From: a virus | Taxonomy: Duplodnaviria > Caudoviricetes | Length of the DNA stretch: 64,000 bases | Virus record (IMG/VR): IMGVR_UViG_3300043010_000145 | Direction: 5' to 3' (one strand) | Part shown: piece by piece, positions 48,880 to 60,595 of the stretch | Layout: every line of letters begins with the position of its first letter | Numbering within the stretch: the first letter of the stretch is position 1 | The notes under the pieces: generated by a model | Databases searched by the model: none | Seen by the model: only the letters and a program-made list of their open reading frames with translations | What the model was told of the DNA's origin: nothing | Made by a program: the position numbers and the translations under genes

Positions 48880-51800
48880 ATACATTCTCGCCTATTTAAT
48901 CTAGCTCCTTCTGAATCTAGGCGAAGTCCCCAGCAGCCTACCTATGCGAAGCAATGAAATTGCTTCGCATAGGTAGCTAATAACTCGGAGAGTTATTTTT
49001 ATTCAGGCTAAGCAATATACTAAGGCAAGGGTATCTTGTCGCAGCATATACTTGCTTCGTCCTATCTTCGTGCAGATTTACATACAGCATGTAAATCTAG
49101 GCTTGTTTTATTTAGCTTCTATACTCTCGTGCAGCCACTGCCCGCCTTATCGCATAGCATCAGCCGTAGGTAATATTCGCCCAACACTAGTCAGGCGAAG
49201 GTAAATAGGTGAAGTGCCTGTCTACACTCAGGCAGATTTCTGCCAGTACTCTATCCATATTATATAGGCAAGCCATAGCAACTTGTTCGGGTATTTCTTG
49301 CAATCAGCCATATTGGCCAGTATAGAATTATTGTTAGATAGATAGAGAGAGAATTGCACGAAGCGGAATACAGCGGAACTGTGTTCCGCTGTATTCATTT
49401 GCACCTACTTCTAGTACTAAGGCAATCAGCTAGCTGACTGTTTTAGTACTAGAACTAGGTGTTACCTAAAACCACAAAGCAAGTTTTACCCACCATAAGT
49501 AAGTTAACTTACTTATGGTGGGTGGTTGTGGTTTTGTATCTTCGTGCGGCTCTATCTCTTATCCAGTTAGTAATAACTAACCAAGAAGCAATCTTTTTTC
49601 CTTTCTTCATCAGCCTGCTCATTGGGTATTTTATCTGCATGCAGAAAAACCTAAGCCAAGCAATCCTCTATCCTCTTTTCTTCTTCTTCTGCCTGCTGTT
49701 ATTTCTTCCAGCCACTCTCTCGGGTATTTTGCTGCACCTTCCCAGATACACGAAGCTACTCTATAGCTTCGTGTATCTAATCAGGCAGAGCCTGATTCCT
49801 TTCCATATGCAAGGAGTATCCCAAAGAATGGGGGCAATAAAGTTACTTCTTGCATGTACTTAGGCTTTACCTAATTCATATCTTCGCCTATTTAATCTAG
49901 CTCCTACCATATACCTAAGCAGCTTGCAAGCAAGCTGCTTAGGTATAATCTAGGCGAGGTTTCTATATAGCTAAGCAATAGACTAAGGCAAAAGACATAT
50001 TTTGCTGGATACCTACACCTATTGCATAGGCAGATTATTATGCAAACGATTCAGCCAGCCTTATCTTTTTGTCATACCAAGCAATAAGCAAGGCAAGGGT
50101 ATTTTGTCGTGGACAACCTCTAAGCAGAAAACCTTGTTGTTAAAAATCAAGCCAACTCGGTCTGCACGAAGATATGGTCCTTCTATCTTCGTAGACAGTT
50201 CTTTTATCTTCGTGAAGTTTCAAGCTGCCAGAAAACAATAATGGTGTAGTTTCTGTCTTCGACTGTCTTATATTTGCCTGAGTTTTATCTTCGCCCGTAC
50301 ACATTATGAGCGAGCTACATACTGTCTCGTACCCATATTATTCAGAACAGCATCTAACTCGGGTATTTATCTTCGCCAAACTCCTATATCTAATGTAAGG
50401 AACACAAGGAGGAACTAACAAATGTCAAAAGTATACTTACCGAGAAGCTTAAAAGAAAGAATAGTAAATTATGGTTGGACTGTTGACTGGCAATACGAGA
50501 AGCCAGATGAATTAGTTCAGTACACATTCACAAGTCTGCAAGTGAATCCGCCATATGCAATTAAAATTACAGTACCAGTAGCACACTTAAAGACAACGAA
50601 AGATGTAATGTGGCAGCTGGCTGTTTGCCTATGTAAATACCTTGCTGATTACAATGCATTAGATGATATGAATTTCTGGCAATATATAGAAGGTCTTGAC
50701 GAAGATGCCAGCTACGAATTTGCAAGCGATATGAAAGAAGAAATCAGAGGTCTAGAATTAATGGTTGAAACCCATGCAATCAGCCTATAAGGGTATACAG
50801 TCATGGCTCACTTGTATATTGCTTTTGAAGAATATATAAATCATATAAAATATAATTGCTAAAGGCACGGGCTTCGCCCGTGCCTTTACTTATAGCATAG
50901 AGCATATTGCCCCCCGCCATTGTATCTTTCCCACACCGATATAAAAGCAATCTAAGAGCATTCTTCCCTACCGTGAACATTTACTTAGGCAGTTGAAAGA
51001 TTGCCCGCATATCCACTTTATGAAGCCAACACATGCCAGCATATAGCAACTTGTTTGGGTATCTTTATTACTCAGGCATTCAACCAAGATTTATTACTTG
51101 TTCCTTTCTTTTCTGCTTATCCTCCATGCGGGTATTTTAGGAAAGGAATTTATTCTGTGCAGTGGTGCCACGCTGCACGAATGTGCCCTTACATAAGGTA
51201 AAGGTACACCTTTACCTTATGCATGAGTAAGCCCCGAAAATTAAAGGTATCCTTTCGGATACCTTTAATATACGAGTAATCCCGTGGATTACTCGTATCA
51301 TAAGGGGCAATCCCCGAAGGATTACTCATGCCTGAGGGGCAAGACCTTGCTTTTTTCTATCTTCGTAGGTAGACTTTCTGTCTTCGTGAAGTAATCCTCA
51401 ATATTAGAGATATTCAGGCAAGTAGCTATTTGAGAAAGCAAGCAACCTCCTAATTACTAGAACAGAAAAGCTAAAGCCTTTCTGTTCTAATAAATTCCGT
51501 AGTCACGGAATTTATTCCGTAAAGGAGCAGCTTGCTTGCACTAGGTTTAGTATATCTTTGTTTAGATTTTCGGGTATTGTTTTATTTAGAGATAGAGCTG
51601 CACGCAGATTCCATACACCTATCTTCGTAGGCAGTTCTTCCGTCTTCGTGCAGAAATACTTTGCACAAATATCTTTCTTCGTGCACCTTCCCAGACACAA
51701 AAAGCAACTTTATTGCTTTTTGTGTCTAATTAGGCTCTGCCTAATTCCAATACTCAGGCAAGCATTTGTTCTTGCCTGCAAATCCGTCTCTTCATCTTGG

Positions 51801-52860
51801 TGAAGTTATCCTTCCGCCCTTCCTTTGTTCCGCAGCAGATTTTGTCTTCGCCTATTCCTATCTTCGCCTGATTTCTTTCTGCATAGCTTTTTATCTTCGT
51901 GTACCTCCCCAGACACACAAAGCAACTTTATTGCTTTGTGTGTCTAATTAGGCTCTGCCTAATTCCAATACTCAGCCAAGCAATTCTTTGCTGTCTATAC
52001 TTCACCTCTCGTGTAGTTTAGTTCTTCTCGCAGATTCCCTATTCCTCTATATTCACTGCATGCAGATGCCAGCTATTCATATTCTCTATCTTCCCCGCCT
52101 TACTTTCGGGTATATCATTTTCGCCTGTATACTCTAAGCCTATTTTTTGTCTAGGCTCAACATTCACTGCACCTACCCACATACAATCAGGCAAAGCCTG
52201 ATTACCCAGATAATAGCTGTTCACACCTTACCTAATTGTATTTCTGTTTATCTATAAGTTAGTCATAACTAACTCTATTATTCAGCCAGCCATATTCTAG
52301 GGTATTTGTCTGCACGAAGTATTAGTTCATAGCATAGTTCATATTCTTGCACAAAAACATCTAGGCGAAGCCATATTTTCTGCCGACTTTACATATCAGG
52401 CCGTTTCATTTTTGCCCGTTTCCATTCAGGCGAATTTCTATCTTCCCGTGTAATATCCTTGGGTATCTTCATCTTGTCGAAACACCCAGCCATGCCTAAT
52501 TCATTTGCAATCAGCCAATTTTCGCCTAGAATATCTACAAGCAGAAAATAGCAGGGAACAGCCACAGGCTATGCCTGTGGCTGTTCTTAGCTTGTACCAT
52601 ATTATATTAGGCGAACATTACTTGCAATTAGAAAATAGCAGGCGGAACATTGGATTTAGTAAATGGAATTGGTTCACTGACTATCTAGGGTATTTTTTCT
52701 GGTCGGAGGTGAATTTTTTCACTTAGCCGTATTTCGCCTAGTTTTCTTCTGCTTACAGATAGTTGGGCGAAGAGTATATGAGTGTAGATGGAGTTGCGAC
52801 CAGCTCCGTCTCCTTACATCTAATCAGGAAAAGCAGTTAGTAAGCACTAACTCACATTCC
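48880..52860. other. Palindrome-dense, largely non-coding region
   Basis: More than 15 perfect or near-perfect inverted repeats, several in repeated families. Confidence 0.8.
50422..50790 (+). CDS. Hypothetical protein
   Basis: AAGGAGG RBS; normal composition amid non-coding DNA. Confidence 0.7.
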   Translation: MSKVYLPRSLKERIVNYGWTVDWQYEKPDELVQYTFTSLQVNPPYAIKITVPVAHLKTTKDVMWQLAVCLCKYLADYNALDDMNFWQYIEGLDEDASYEFASDMKEEIRGLELMVETHAISL

Positions 52861-52933
52861 TCAGCCATATCCTTGGGTACTTCCTACTTTTACAAGGAAA
52901 ACAGCTATACCCAATACAAGCGGAGGAACTAGA

Positions 52934-53887
52934 ATGAGCAACGAATACACACATGTTTCCCTCTTTTCAGGAGCAGGCGGGTTAGACATTGGGCTGGAAC
53001 AAGCAGGATTCAAAACGATATGGGCGAACGATTTTTCACGAGATGCATGTGCTACACACAGATTATGGAGCGATGCAGAAGTAGTTGAAGGCGACATCGG
53101 AGCCTTAGATTTTAATACCATACCGAATTGTGATTTAGTCTCTTTTGGTTTCCCATGTCAAGGCTTCAGCCTTGCTGGGCCTAGGAAGATAGATGATTCC
53201 CGCAACTCGCTGTATCGGTACTGTGTCAAGTTTGTAGAGATGAAGCAGCCACCAGTCTTTCTTGCAGAGAATGTAAAAGGTTTGCTTACTTTGGGCAAAG
53301 GACAGATAAAAGAAGCGATTGTGGAAGATTTTGCCAGCAAAGGCTATCAGCTTTCTATACATCTCGTCAATGCAGCCGATTACCATGTTCCGCAAGACAG
53401 ATATCGAGTTATCATCGTGGGTATCAGGCAAGATTTAGCCACCAAGTACAACCTAGCATTCACTATGCCAGAACCCGCCCTCACCCGCACAAATCTTCGC
53501 CAAGCATTATCCCCTCTACCAGAACCAGCTGCAGCAGATATTTGCCAAGCACCGTATTCTTCTAGGTTCATGTCGAGAAATCGCAAGCGAGGTTGGGAAG
53601 ATGTATCTTTCACCATACCAGCTATGGCAAAGCAAGTACCCTTGCACCCTAGTTCGCCTGATATGATAAAGTTAGAAAGAGACCATTGGGTATTCGGTTC
53701 TAACTCCAATCAGCCCACTCGAAGATTATCATGGCAAGAAGCGGCAGCGATACAGACATTTCCACCGAATATGCAGTTTTGCGGGGATTTAACCAGCAAG
53801 TATAAGCAGATAGGCAATGCCGTACCTTGTGAGTTGGCAAGAGTTGTTGGTGTCGAACTTTCTGCTCTTCTAGACAAATGTAAATAG
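52934..53887 (+). CDS. dcm: C5-cytosine DNA methyltransferase with HaeIII/BspRI-like TRD architecture, orphan
   Basis: SLFSGAGG, GFPCQGFS, ENVKG, QDRYRV, MSRNR TRD, YKQIGNAVP. Confidence 0.92.
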   Translation: MSNEYTHVSLFSGAGGLDIGLEQAGFKTIWANDFSRDACATHRLWSDAEVVEGDIGALDFNTIPNCDLVSFGFPCQGFSLAGPRKIDDSRNSLYRYCVKFVEMKQPPVFLAENVKGLLTLGKGQIKEAIVEDFASKGYQLSIHLVNAADYHVPQDRYRVIIVGIRQDLATKYNLAFTMPEPALTRTNLRQALSPLPEPAAADICQAPYSSRFMSRNRKRGWEDVSFTIPAMAKQVPLHPSSPDMIKLERDHWVFGSNSNQPTRRLSWQEAAAIQTFPPNMQFCGDLTSKYKQIGNAVPCELARVVGVELSALLDKCK

Positions 53888-53930
53888 CAAACAGGCATTC
53901 CCTACGGGAATGCCCGCTCTTTTCTTCTTA

Positions 53931-54539
53931 TCAATCTTTTGGTACATATCTGCTCAAATCCAGAATATACTCTTCACCATACTTGCCAAACCAATCCACA
54001 AGAGCATTTGCAATATCACAATAAATATCATACTGCTCGCCCAGTGTTTCTTCACTTACACCATTCTGCCACAGAATTTGAATTGGTGCTCCTTCCTCTT
54101 CAAGTGTTTTGTATAAATCAGCAACCAAAGAAATTCTATTCGCAGCTTCTTCCTGTTCTAAGACATCTAAGCGATAGAATATCTTATCCCCGCATTCATT
54201 CACCAGCTGTAAAGCAAATACCTCTTGTAATTGGTGTTTGCTTGCAAGCACACGGTCAATATGATACTGTCCTCGCAGATAATTTACGGGTACATGTAGG
54301 AATAGATGCATTTTCGGTACGGATTCACAAGCTGCCGTAAAGTGCGACAATGCACCGCCTAATATCCTTCGGGTATTTTCTTGTCGAAGATGGATTTCCA
54401 TACGAAACAAAGCATTATCAGGATAATGAAATTCAAAATCAGATAGATAGCTCGTTGTATTATAGAATTCATCAAAATAATATACTTGCTGAATGTTATC
54501 TGCCTCCGTAATAGCAGGCAATACCAATTTGTTTTCCAT
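53931..54539 (-). CDS. Paralog array member (subfamily ending LSRYVPK)
   Basis: Homologous to 55289-55909 and 56994-57587. Confidence 0.8.
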   Translation of the reverse strand: MENKLVLPAITEADNIQQVYYFDEFYNTTSYLSDFEFHYPDNALFRMEIHLRQENTRRILGGALSHFTAACESVPKMHLFLHVPVNYLRGQYHIDRVLASKHQLQEVFALQLVNECGDKIFYRLDVLEQEEAANRISLVADLYKTLEEEGAPIQILWQNGVSEETLGEQYDIYCDIANALVDWFGKYGEEYILDLSRYVPKD

Positions 54540-54556
54540 AGTCCGTCCCCTCTTTT

Positions 54557-55138
54557 CTACATCAAATATTTCTGCATGAACTCTTGCACTGCACGAGTAT
54601 AATTCATACCAATCTCAAAACATTCAGGAAACTCATCAATTTTTGTCAAAGTCGCTTCTTCTGTTTCACCAAAAGGACTTGTTGTGCTTGATGTCAGCAT
54701 AATATTTAAGTCCACGGTATCTGTCTGCTTCACAATAAGAGTTAAAAACAACTCATCATCCTCCGCAGAAAGCAGTTTCACCAAGTAATAATCTTTTTTC
54801 CCCAAATTCATCCAATACACATCGCCCGTTGCATGTAATTCTGTCCGAAAAGCATCCAGCGGTACTTCTTCCATACCAAATCGTGTCAATTTGTATTTTA
54901 CATGCTTGCCATTCAGCAATCCCGTTACATCTTCATCGGTATACTCAAAACACTCGTTCTTGCATTGATTGATTACATATAAACCTTGCTCGCCAAAGTA
55001 ATAGTGAATATCCCAGTATTGAACCGAATCGAATTCATCTTTCAGAAAGAATTGAATACCATTCAGATTGAATTCCTCCGCCGTAGGTTTCAGTTCTTCC
55101 CGCCCGTCCATTCTTGTCAAATGTTTTACTTTCATCAT
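54557..55138 (-). CDS. Paralog array member (divergent)
   Basis: Ends AVQEFMQKYLM; AAGGAG RBS. Confidence 0.75.
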   Translation of the reverse strand: MMKVKHLTRMDGREELKPTAEEFNLNGIQFFLKDEFDSVQYWDIHYYFGEQGLYVINQCKNECFEYTDEDVTGLLNGKHVKYKLTRFGMEEVPLDAFRTELHATGDVYWMNLGKKDYYLVKLLSAEDDELFLTLIVKQTDTVDLNIMLTSSTTSPFGETEEATLTKIDEFPECFEIGMNYTRAVQEFMQKYLM

Positions 55139-55288
55139 ATTTTTATGCTCCTTTATACACACATATTAGCATAGAATAGTATATTATGCAATATCTTCAT
55201 AGCATTTCCTAGGGTATTCACTCCTAATTTTTAAATTTACAATACTAAAAACACAGGAATTCCCTACGGGAATTCCTGCTCTTTTTTC

Positions 55289-55909
55289 TTAGCACTCTTT
55301 CGGCACATATCTGCTCAAATCCAGAATATACTCTTCACCATACTTGCCAAACCAATCCACAAGTGCATTTACAATGTCGCAATAAATATCATATTGCTTG
55401 CCCAGTGCATCATCATCTACACCATTCTGCCACGAAACTTGAATGAATGCTTTTTCGGAATAATGGGCATTACATAAATCAGCCATCCAATAAATCCCAT
55501 CTTCGCCCTCCGCAGTTCCTTCAACTGCATCTAAGCGAAAGAACAATTCATCTCCGTATTCATTCAGCAATTGTATAGCGAACATGTCCCGTAAAAGAAG
55601 CGGTATTGGACTTGGAAGAACACAATCAATATGATAATGCCCTCGCAGACATTTCACAGGCATATCGAAGGATAGAAACATACGGGGAATTTCTGAACAA
55701 AGTTTATTTAGGTTGTGTAGTGTTCCCTCTAAGGTTGTTTCGCCATTTTTCTGCTGCACAGTGAGTTCCATATCATAAATGGCAGTCTCATCTAAACGAA
55801 ATAGTAGAAATGTTGTGTATCTAGTTCTATTGTAAAATGTATTGAATACATAGGTTTGTGAAGTTTCATTTGCTGCTGTAAAAGCAGGCAATACTAACTT
55901 GTTTCTCAT
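55289..55909 (-). CDS. Paralog array member (subfamily ending LSRYVPK)
   Basis: 3' end nearly identical to the 53931 gene. Confidence 0.8.
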   Translation of the reverse strand: MRNKLVLPAFTAANETSQTYVFNTFYNRTRYTTFLLFRLDETAIYDMELTVQQKNGETTLEGTLHNLNKLCSEIPRMFLSFDMPVKCLRGHYHIDCVLPSPIPLLLRDMFAIQLLNEYGDELFFRLDAVEGTAEGEDGIYWMADLCNAHYSEKAFIQVSWQNGVDDDALGKQYDIYCDIVNALVDWFGKYGEEYILDLSRYVPKEC

Positions 55910-55922
55910 ATTTATCACTCCT

Positions 55923-56462
55923 TTATGCAATTTCTTCTAAAATATAATCTTGCACAGCCTGAACCCATTCTGCAAACCAATCCAAATTATACTCCTGTGT
56001 ATGCATCCAGCCGTCCATATCTCGCTTTGCTCTGCTTTCAGACATCAGCCACAGCTGGAATGGTGTCTTTTCCGAATGTTTTTCTAACTCTTCAACTTCC
56101 AAATAAACTGTATCACCTAGCATAGAAACAAAAGGAATACGGTATTGCAGCATTTTCTCAGGTTCATAATATACTTCTTCCTTGCATTGAAGCGGAGCTA
56201 ACAGAGTATGCATAGGAATGTCATTTATCCAAAAATATTTGAAGTAGCATTCTGCTTCATCTAATTTCTCAAAAGCACATCTGTGCAAAATTGCATGCAC
56301 AAGACAATCACCGTCATCCATTTGAGCCTGAAACAGCCAGTTTTGAGCCAAGTTGCCTTCTTCATCTTGCACAATGAAGCCACTCGCTGGGTATTTCTTT
56401 ATACCTGCTTCTGTGTTCTCTACATGCAGCACATCTATTTGCAGTTTCTTCATTTTTATCAT
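55923..56462 (-). CDS. Paralog array member
   Basis: SMLGDTVYL; AVQDYILEEIA. Confidence 0.8.
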   Translation of the reverse strand: MIKMKKLQIDVLHVENTEAGIKKYPASGFIVQDEEGNLAQNWLFQAQMDDGDCLVHAILHRCAFEKLDEAECYFKYFWINDIPMHTLLAPLQCKEEVYYEPEKMLQYRIPFVSMLGDTVYLEVEELEKHSEKTPFQLWLMSESRAKRDMDGWMHTQEYNLDWFAEWVQAVQDYILEEIA

Positions 56463-56463
56463 T

Positions 56464-57003
56464 TCAGGCAACCTCTTCCAAAATAAAATCTTGCACCGCA
56501 TGAACAACATCTAAGCACCAGTCGATATCCACACCTTCATCTTCTGCCGAAACCAGTTCCCACTCAGACCAATTAGGCACAACTTTCTCGGCAGGCCACA
56601 AATTAAAACGAACCTTTTTCTTTTCACCTTTCTCCACTGTTTCCCAGTAAATATTCAAATAGAATTTATCTCCTAGCACAGTTCCCAAGGGTATTTTATA
56701 GTGGTGCGGTAGTGGAGTGTATTTGTAGAACTCGCCCGTACTTTGTAGAGGCACATAGAGTTTCTCTAATACCATATATTGCAAAATGACAGACACAATG
56801 TCTGCTGCATGTTCTCCTTGAAAAGCACCGCCGTAGAAAACACTATATGCGGTATCTTTTTCCACCACCCAATATTGAGTAGGGTATCCACTCTCCTCAG
56901 CATACAAATAGAAATCACCCTTCCGCAACTCCATTTCACCTGTATCTTTACAATACTGCTTGGGAAACGGTTTTGTTGTTTTCTTTACTCTAATCATCTC
57001 CAC
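56464..57003 (-). CDS. Paralog array member
   Basis: TVLGDKFYL; AVQDFILEEVA. Confidence 0.8.
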   Translation of the reverse strand: MEMIRVKKTTKPFPKQYCKDTGEMELRKGDFYLYAEESGYPTQYWVVEKDTAYSVFYGGAFQGEHAADIVSVILQYMVLEKLYVPLQSTGEFYKYTPLPHHYKIPLGTVLGDKFYLNIYWETVEKGEKKKVRFNLWPAEKVVPNWSEWELVSAEDEGVDIDWCLDVVHAVQDFILEEVA

Positions 57004-57587
57004 ACATACTCCTTAACATATCTGCTTTCATCCATTAAAACTTCATCATTCGTTAAGCACCAGTCCACAACTGCATTCACGAATTCTCTGCATCGCCCGT
57101 ACTCAGCAGCCAGCTTTTCCAAGCCATCTTCTTCTTTCCACACAACAACATCATACGAGCCAACGATGTAATCACATCTTGAACTTCCCTTACCTACCAA
57201 GCAGGCATCTCGAATCATCTCATCTATTTGCAAATACAACACATCACCCAATGTGGAAATCATATGCACCACAACGGTATCTTGAAAGAACTTGTCCGTA
57301 CTCCGCATGACTTTTACCACCTTGTAGAAATTGTGAAACATACTTAGACTTACATCTACGATATTCACACAGCTGAGATGCTCTTTATAACTTCCCGAAA
57401 CATATGCTCGAATGGGAATATTTCCCGCAAAGCTGTCTATGTGGATAGTCAGGCTTAGTAAGTTGTTACCTTTTCTAAGATAAGTGGCACTTGTTCTATA
57501 TTCGGATTTGTTTGCTTCGTTTCGGGGAATATAATCTTGATGAAAGCTAAATGCTTCCGCTATTTCAGGTATTACGAATTCTGACAT
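56994..57587 (-). CDS. Paralog array member
   Basis: STLGDVLYL; NAVVDW...SRYV. Confidence 0.8.
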   Translation of the reverse strand: MSEFVIPEIAEAFSFHQDYIPRNEANKSEYRTSATYLRKGNNLLSLTIHIDSFAGNIPIRAYVSGSYKEHLSCVNIVDVSLSMFHNFYKVVKVMRSTDKFFQDTVVVHMISTLGDVLYLQIDEMIRDACLVGKGSSRCDYIVGSYDVVVWKEEDGLEKLAAEYGRCREFVNAVVDWCLTNDEVLMDESRYVKEYVWR

Positions 57588-58059
57588 ACTCGCTCCTTTC
57601 TATGCAGTTATATGTTTCCATTACTTATATTTGTGCAATTCTATGCTTATATTATATATTATGTGCTTTAAATAAGCAAGCAGGCAATCGGGTATTTTCT
57701 TCCAACTCTTCCCTCTATCTAAGTGCTTTATATAAATCCCCAGCTATACAGAGCAATAAAGTTGCTCTGTATAGCTAATCATTCTGAAAGAATGATTTAG
57801 GCAGATTTCAGAACACATTTGCACCAGAGCGATTTCTAGCACAACTCCTTGCCAGTTGTCCACATTTTCGCCTAGCACCTATGCTCACGAGCTTTATTTC
57901 GTAAAACTTCATTTAGCACACTCTCCGCATTTCTGCAAGTCCAGAAAATGCACTCTCCGAGTTTTTAGAACAGAAACAACTTTATCTAATTTTTCTCGAA
58001 AAAGTTCAATAAATTTCTTCTACAAATAAACAAAGCCACACCTACGGTGCGGCTTCTTT

Positions 58060-58632
58060 CTATGCCAACTTCTCTAACACAAACTCCTGTACTGCTTCCA
58101 AGCATTCCATACAAAGCTGCAAGCAATCAGGTTCTGCTTGAAAATCTTCCGTTTCATACCAATATTCTTTCTCAAACTCTACCGTTCCTTCCAGTAAAGT
58201 AATGCTCACAGGAACTTCACCCACAGTCCTTTTGTAAGTGTCTATAAATAGATAAAACTTTTCACCCAGCAGATTTTCCAGCACCATTACGGCATCTGCA
58301 TTCGGTTTGGTTCTTTTCAAAATTTTTCCCGTCAACTTCATCGGATACAGCAGTGAGCTAAGCTCCACCGAGTCTATAATAAAGCGAGAAATAAAACAGC
58401 CAAAACCCTCGCATGTACTCTCTTCAAATGCCCTAGAATTTAATGCACAATATACATCTACATCATGTCCGTTCTTTTCTTTCTGAATTTCCCAAACTTG
58501 TGTAAATGTATGATTATTGTAAAACTCATAATGCCCGCTCACTACTTCCTCGCAGCCAGTTTGGGTATTGTACTCCTTATGAAATAAATTGTCTGCATTC
58601 ACAGGTTTCAATCGTACAGGTTCTCTTGCCAT
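58060..58632 (-). CDS. Paralog array member
   Basis: NLLGEKFYL; AVQEFVLEKLA. Confidence 0.8.
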   Translation of the reverse strand: MAREPVRLKPVNADNLFHKEYNTQTGCEEVVSGHYEFYNNHTFTQVWEIQKEKNGHDVDVYCALNSRAFEESTCEGFGCFISRFIIDSVELSSLLYPMKLTGKILKRTKPNADAVMVLENLLGEKFYLFIDTYKRTVGEVPVSITLLEGTVEFEKEYWYETEDFQAEPDCLQLCMECLEAVQEFVLEKLA

Positions 58633-58657
58633 TTTCCGTCCTCTCCCTTTACCGCAT

Positions 58658-59224
58658 CTAAGCCATATATTCCAAAATGAAATCTTGTGTTGCATGCAGA
58701 TAATCTAAGCACAACTGAATATCTAAGCCTTTATACATCTCATTCGGATAAATATCTATCCATTCTTTTATATTGAAGTCTTCATTATCTGGTGCAATCA
58801 ATGTAAGCCGTACATCTTCCGCTGTTCTTTTCACACCTAATGTATCCATCTCTAAATACACTTTATCACCCAATGCAGACTCCAATTCAGCCAGAAAGCA
58901 CGATGGCATATCCCATTCCACATAATAGAAGCCTGTGTAATGCCATGGAGTAAGCAGTCTGCTCAATCGCATGGAACTGATTGTTACATCCATCACCTTG
59001 GCTTTGCCTTGGGTATCTTCATCAATCAATGAGAAGCATTTGCCGTAGATATGTCCTGTAATGCTAATATCTTCTTTATCTTCCTTGTACTTTAAATACC
59101 AACTTTGGGCATCCACATTTGTATCAGGTAAGTTGAAGGAATACCAATTATCTACCAGTTTCCACTCGCCCGTTTCTTCCCGCTTTCTGTGAAAGTGAGC
59201 ATTTACATCTTTTACTTTAACCAT
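58658..59224 (-). CDS. Paralog array member
   Basis: SALGDKVYL; ATQDFILEYMA. Confidence 0.8.
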   Translation of the reverse strand: MVKVKDVNAHFHRKREETGEWKLVDNWYSFNLPDTNVDAQSWYLKYKEDKEDISITGHIYGKCFSLIDEDTQGKAKVMDVTISSMRLSRLLTPWHYTGFYYVEWDMPSCFLAELESALGDKVYLEMDTLGVKRTAEDVRLTLIAPDNEDFNIKEWIDIYPNEMYKGLDIQLCLDYLHATQDFILEYMA

Positions 59225-59261
59225 GCCGTACTACCTCTCCTTTTCCGTTTTATCTATCTGT

Positions 59262-59801
59262 CTAAGCCATATATTCAAGTACAAAATTCTGTACTTCTTG
59301 CATATACTCTAAGAACAAATTCGTATCTAAGCATTTATACAATTCTTTCTCACTAACCTTATACCAGTCCCGAATATCGAAATCACCATCTTCTTCCGAA
59401 ACAAGTGTCAGATAAACCTCTTCTTGTTCGTAAGTCTGCATTTGCAGATAAACAATATCTCCAACAGCTGATTCCAATTCAGCCAGAAAGTAATCTGTGT
59501 ACCCATAATCTCGATAGTATGTACCTGTGAGATGCCACGGTGTCAGCAGCCGATGTAAGCGAATAGGATTGATTTCCACCTGATGAATTCGGGTATCTTG
59601 TGTATCAAATGCATCTGGTTCCAATGTGCCTTGTACAATCGTTTCTCCACCACCATCTTCAAATGTCAAATACCACTGCTGGACTTCGCTCTCACAATCT
59701 TCTGTATAGAAGTTGTAAATACCTTCGTCCAGTTCCCAATCATCTGTTCCATTGATTTGTGTTTTAGGGAAATATGCATCCGTTTTCTTTAATGTAATCA
59801 T
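59262..59801 (-). CDS. Paralog array member
   Basis: SAVGDIVYL; VQNFVLEYMA. Confidence 0.8.
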   Translation of the reverse strand: MITLKKTDAYFPKTQINGTDDWELDEGIYNFYTEDCESEVQQWYLTFEDGGGETIVQGTLEPDAFDTQDTRIHQVEINPIRLHRLLTPWHLTGTYYRDYGYTDYFLAELESAVGDIVYLQMQTYEQEEVYLTLVSEEDGDFDIRDWYKVSEKELYKCLDTNLFLEYMQEVQNFVLEYMA

Positions 59802-59924
59802 TTTGTGTACCTCACTGTATCTGTCTATAATATACACCCATTTCCTACATATTACAAGCAAATAATAGCATATTTTACCTTCTTCACACCACAAAAAGAA
59901 AGCAGTACTCCGTACTGCTTTCTT

Positions 59925-60509
59925 TTACACCATATGTTCTAAGACAAAATCTTGCACCGCATGCAAGCATTTCATATAGAACTCTAATTGAGATGGATTC
60001 GGGTAGTTGCATAATCTTTTCTCCTCGCACAATTCTGTTTTCTTGTGTGTTTCATCAATCAGCATAAGATACCCGTTCTCGATATGCAGATACAACTTGT
60101 CTCCCAGCAAGGATTCAAGCTCCACTAGACATTCACAATATCCTTTATATACTTTACCTGTTGTCTGCAAAGGAGTATATAAGCAAGATAATTCCACATT
60201 GAAGATTTGAAATTGAACAAATGGGTATGTCCAACATAGTGCAGTAGCGTTCTTAAGTATAAAAGCTGGTCCGACTAATCTGCAATAAACATTCACATCA
60301 TGCTTGTGTTCATTGTATTGTATCTGCCAAAATTCAGTTGGCTGCCCTTTATCTACAAGAAACTCATAAGTTCCTGCTTCAATTTTTAGACCATCTGTTT
60401 GAGCATCGTATATAAACGGAAATTCTTCATCTATTTCTTGTAGCAGAATTTGATATTGTTCTTCTTTCTTTGCTTTGCCTTGCTTTTTCTTCTTGTTCTT
60501 CCTACTCAT
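59925..60509 (-). CDS. Paralog array member with basic N-terminus
   Basis: SLLGDKLYL; AVQDFVLEHMV. Confidence 0.8.
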   Translation of the reverse strand: MSRKNKKKKQGKAKKEEQYQILLQEIDEEFPFIYDAQTDGLKIEAGTYEFLVDKGQPTEFWQIQYNEHKHDVNVYCRLVGPAFILKNATALCWTYPFVQFQIFNVELSCLYTPLQTTGKVYKGYCECLVELESLLGDKLYLHIENGYLMLIDETHKKTELCEEKRLCNYPNPSQLEFYMKCLHAVQDFVLEHMV

Positions 60510-60595
60510 AGCCCTTACCTCACAATCTTTTAGTACTCCATTATATAATAAAAGAAGTTCTGCTACCAGAACTTCTCCTTTTTTTTTCTTTTTAC

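Noticed and set aside
47460-48957. Leu-rich ORFs (LNLAL repeats, LALS repeats)
   Set aside because: Read-through of non-coding tandem repeats; no RBS
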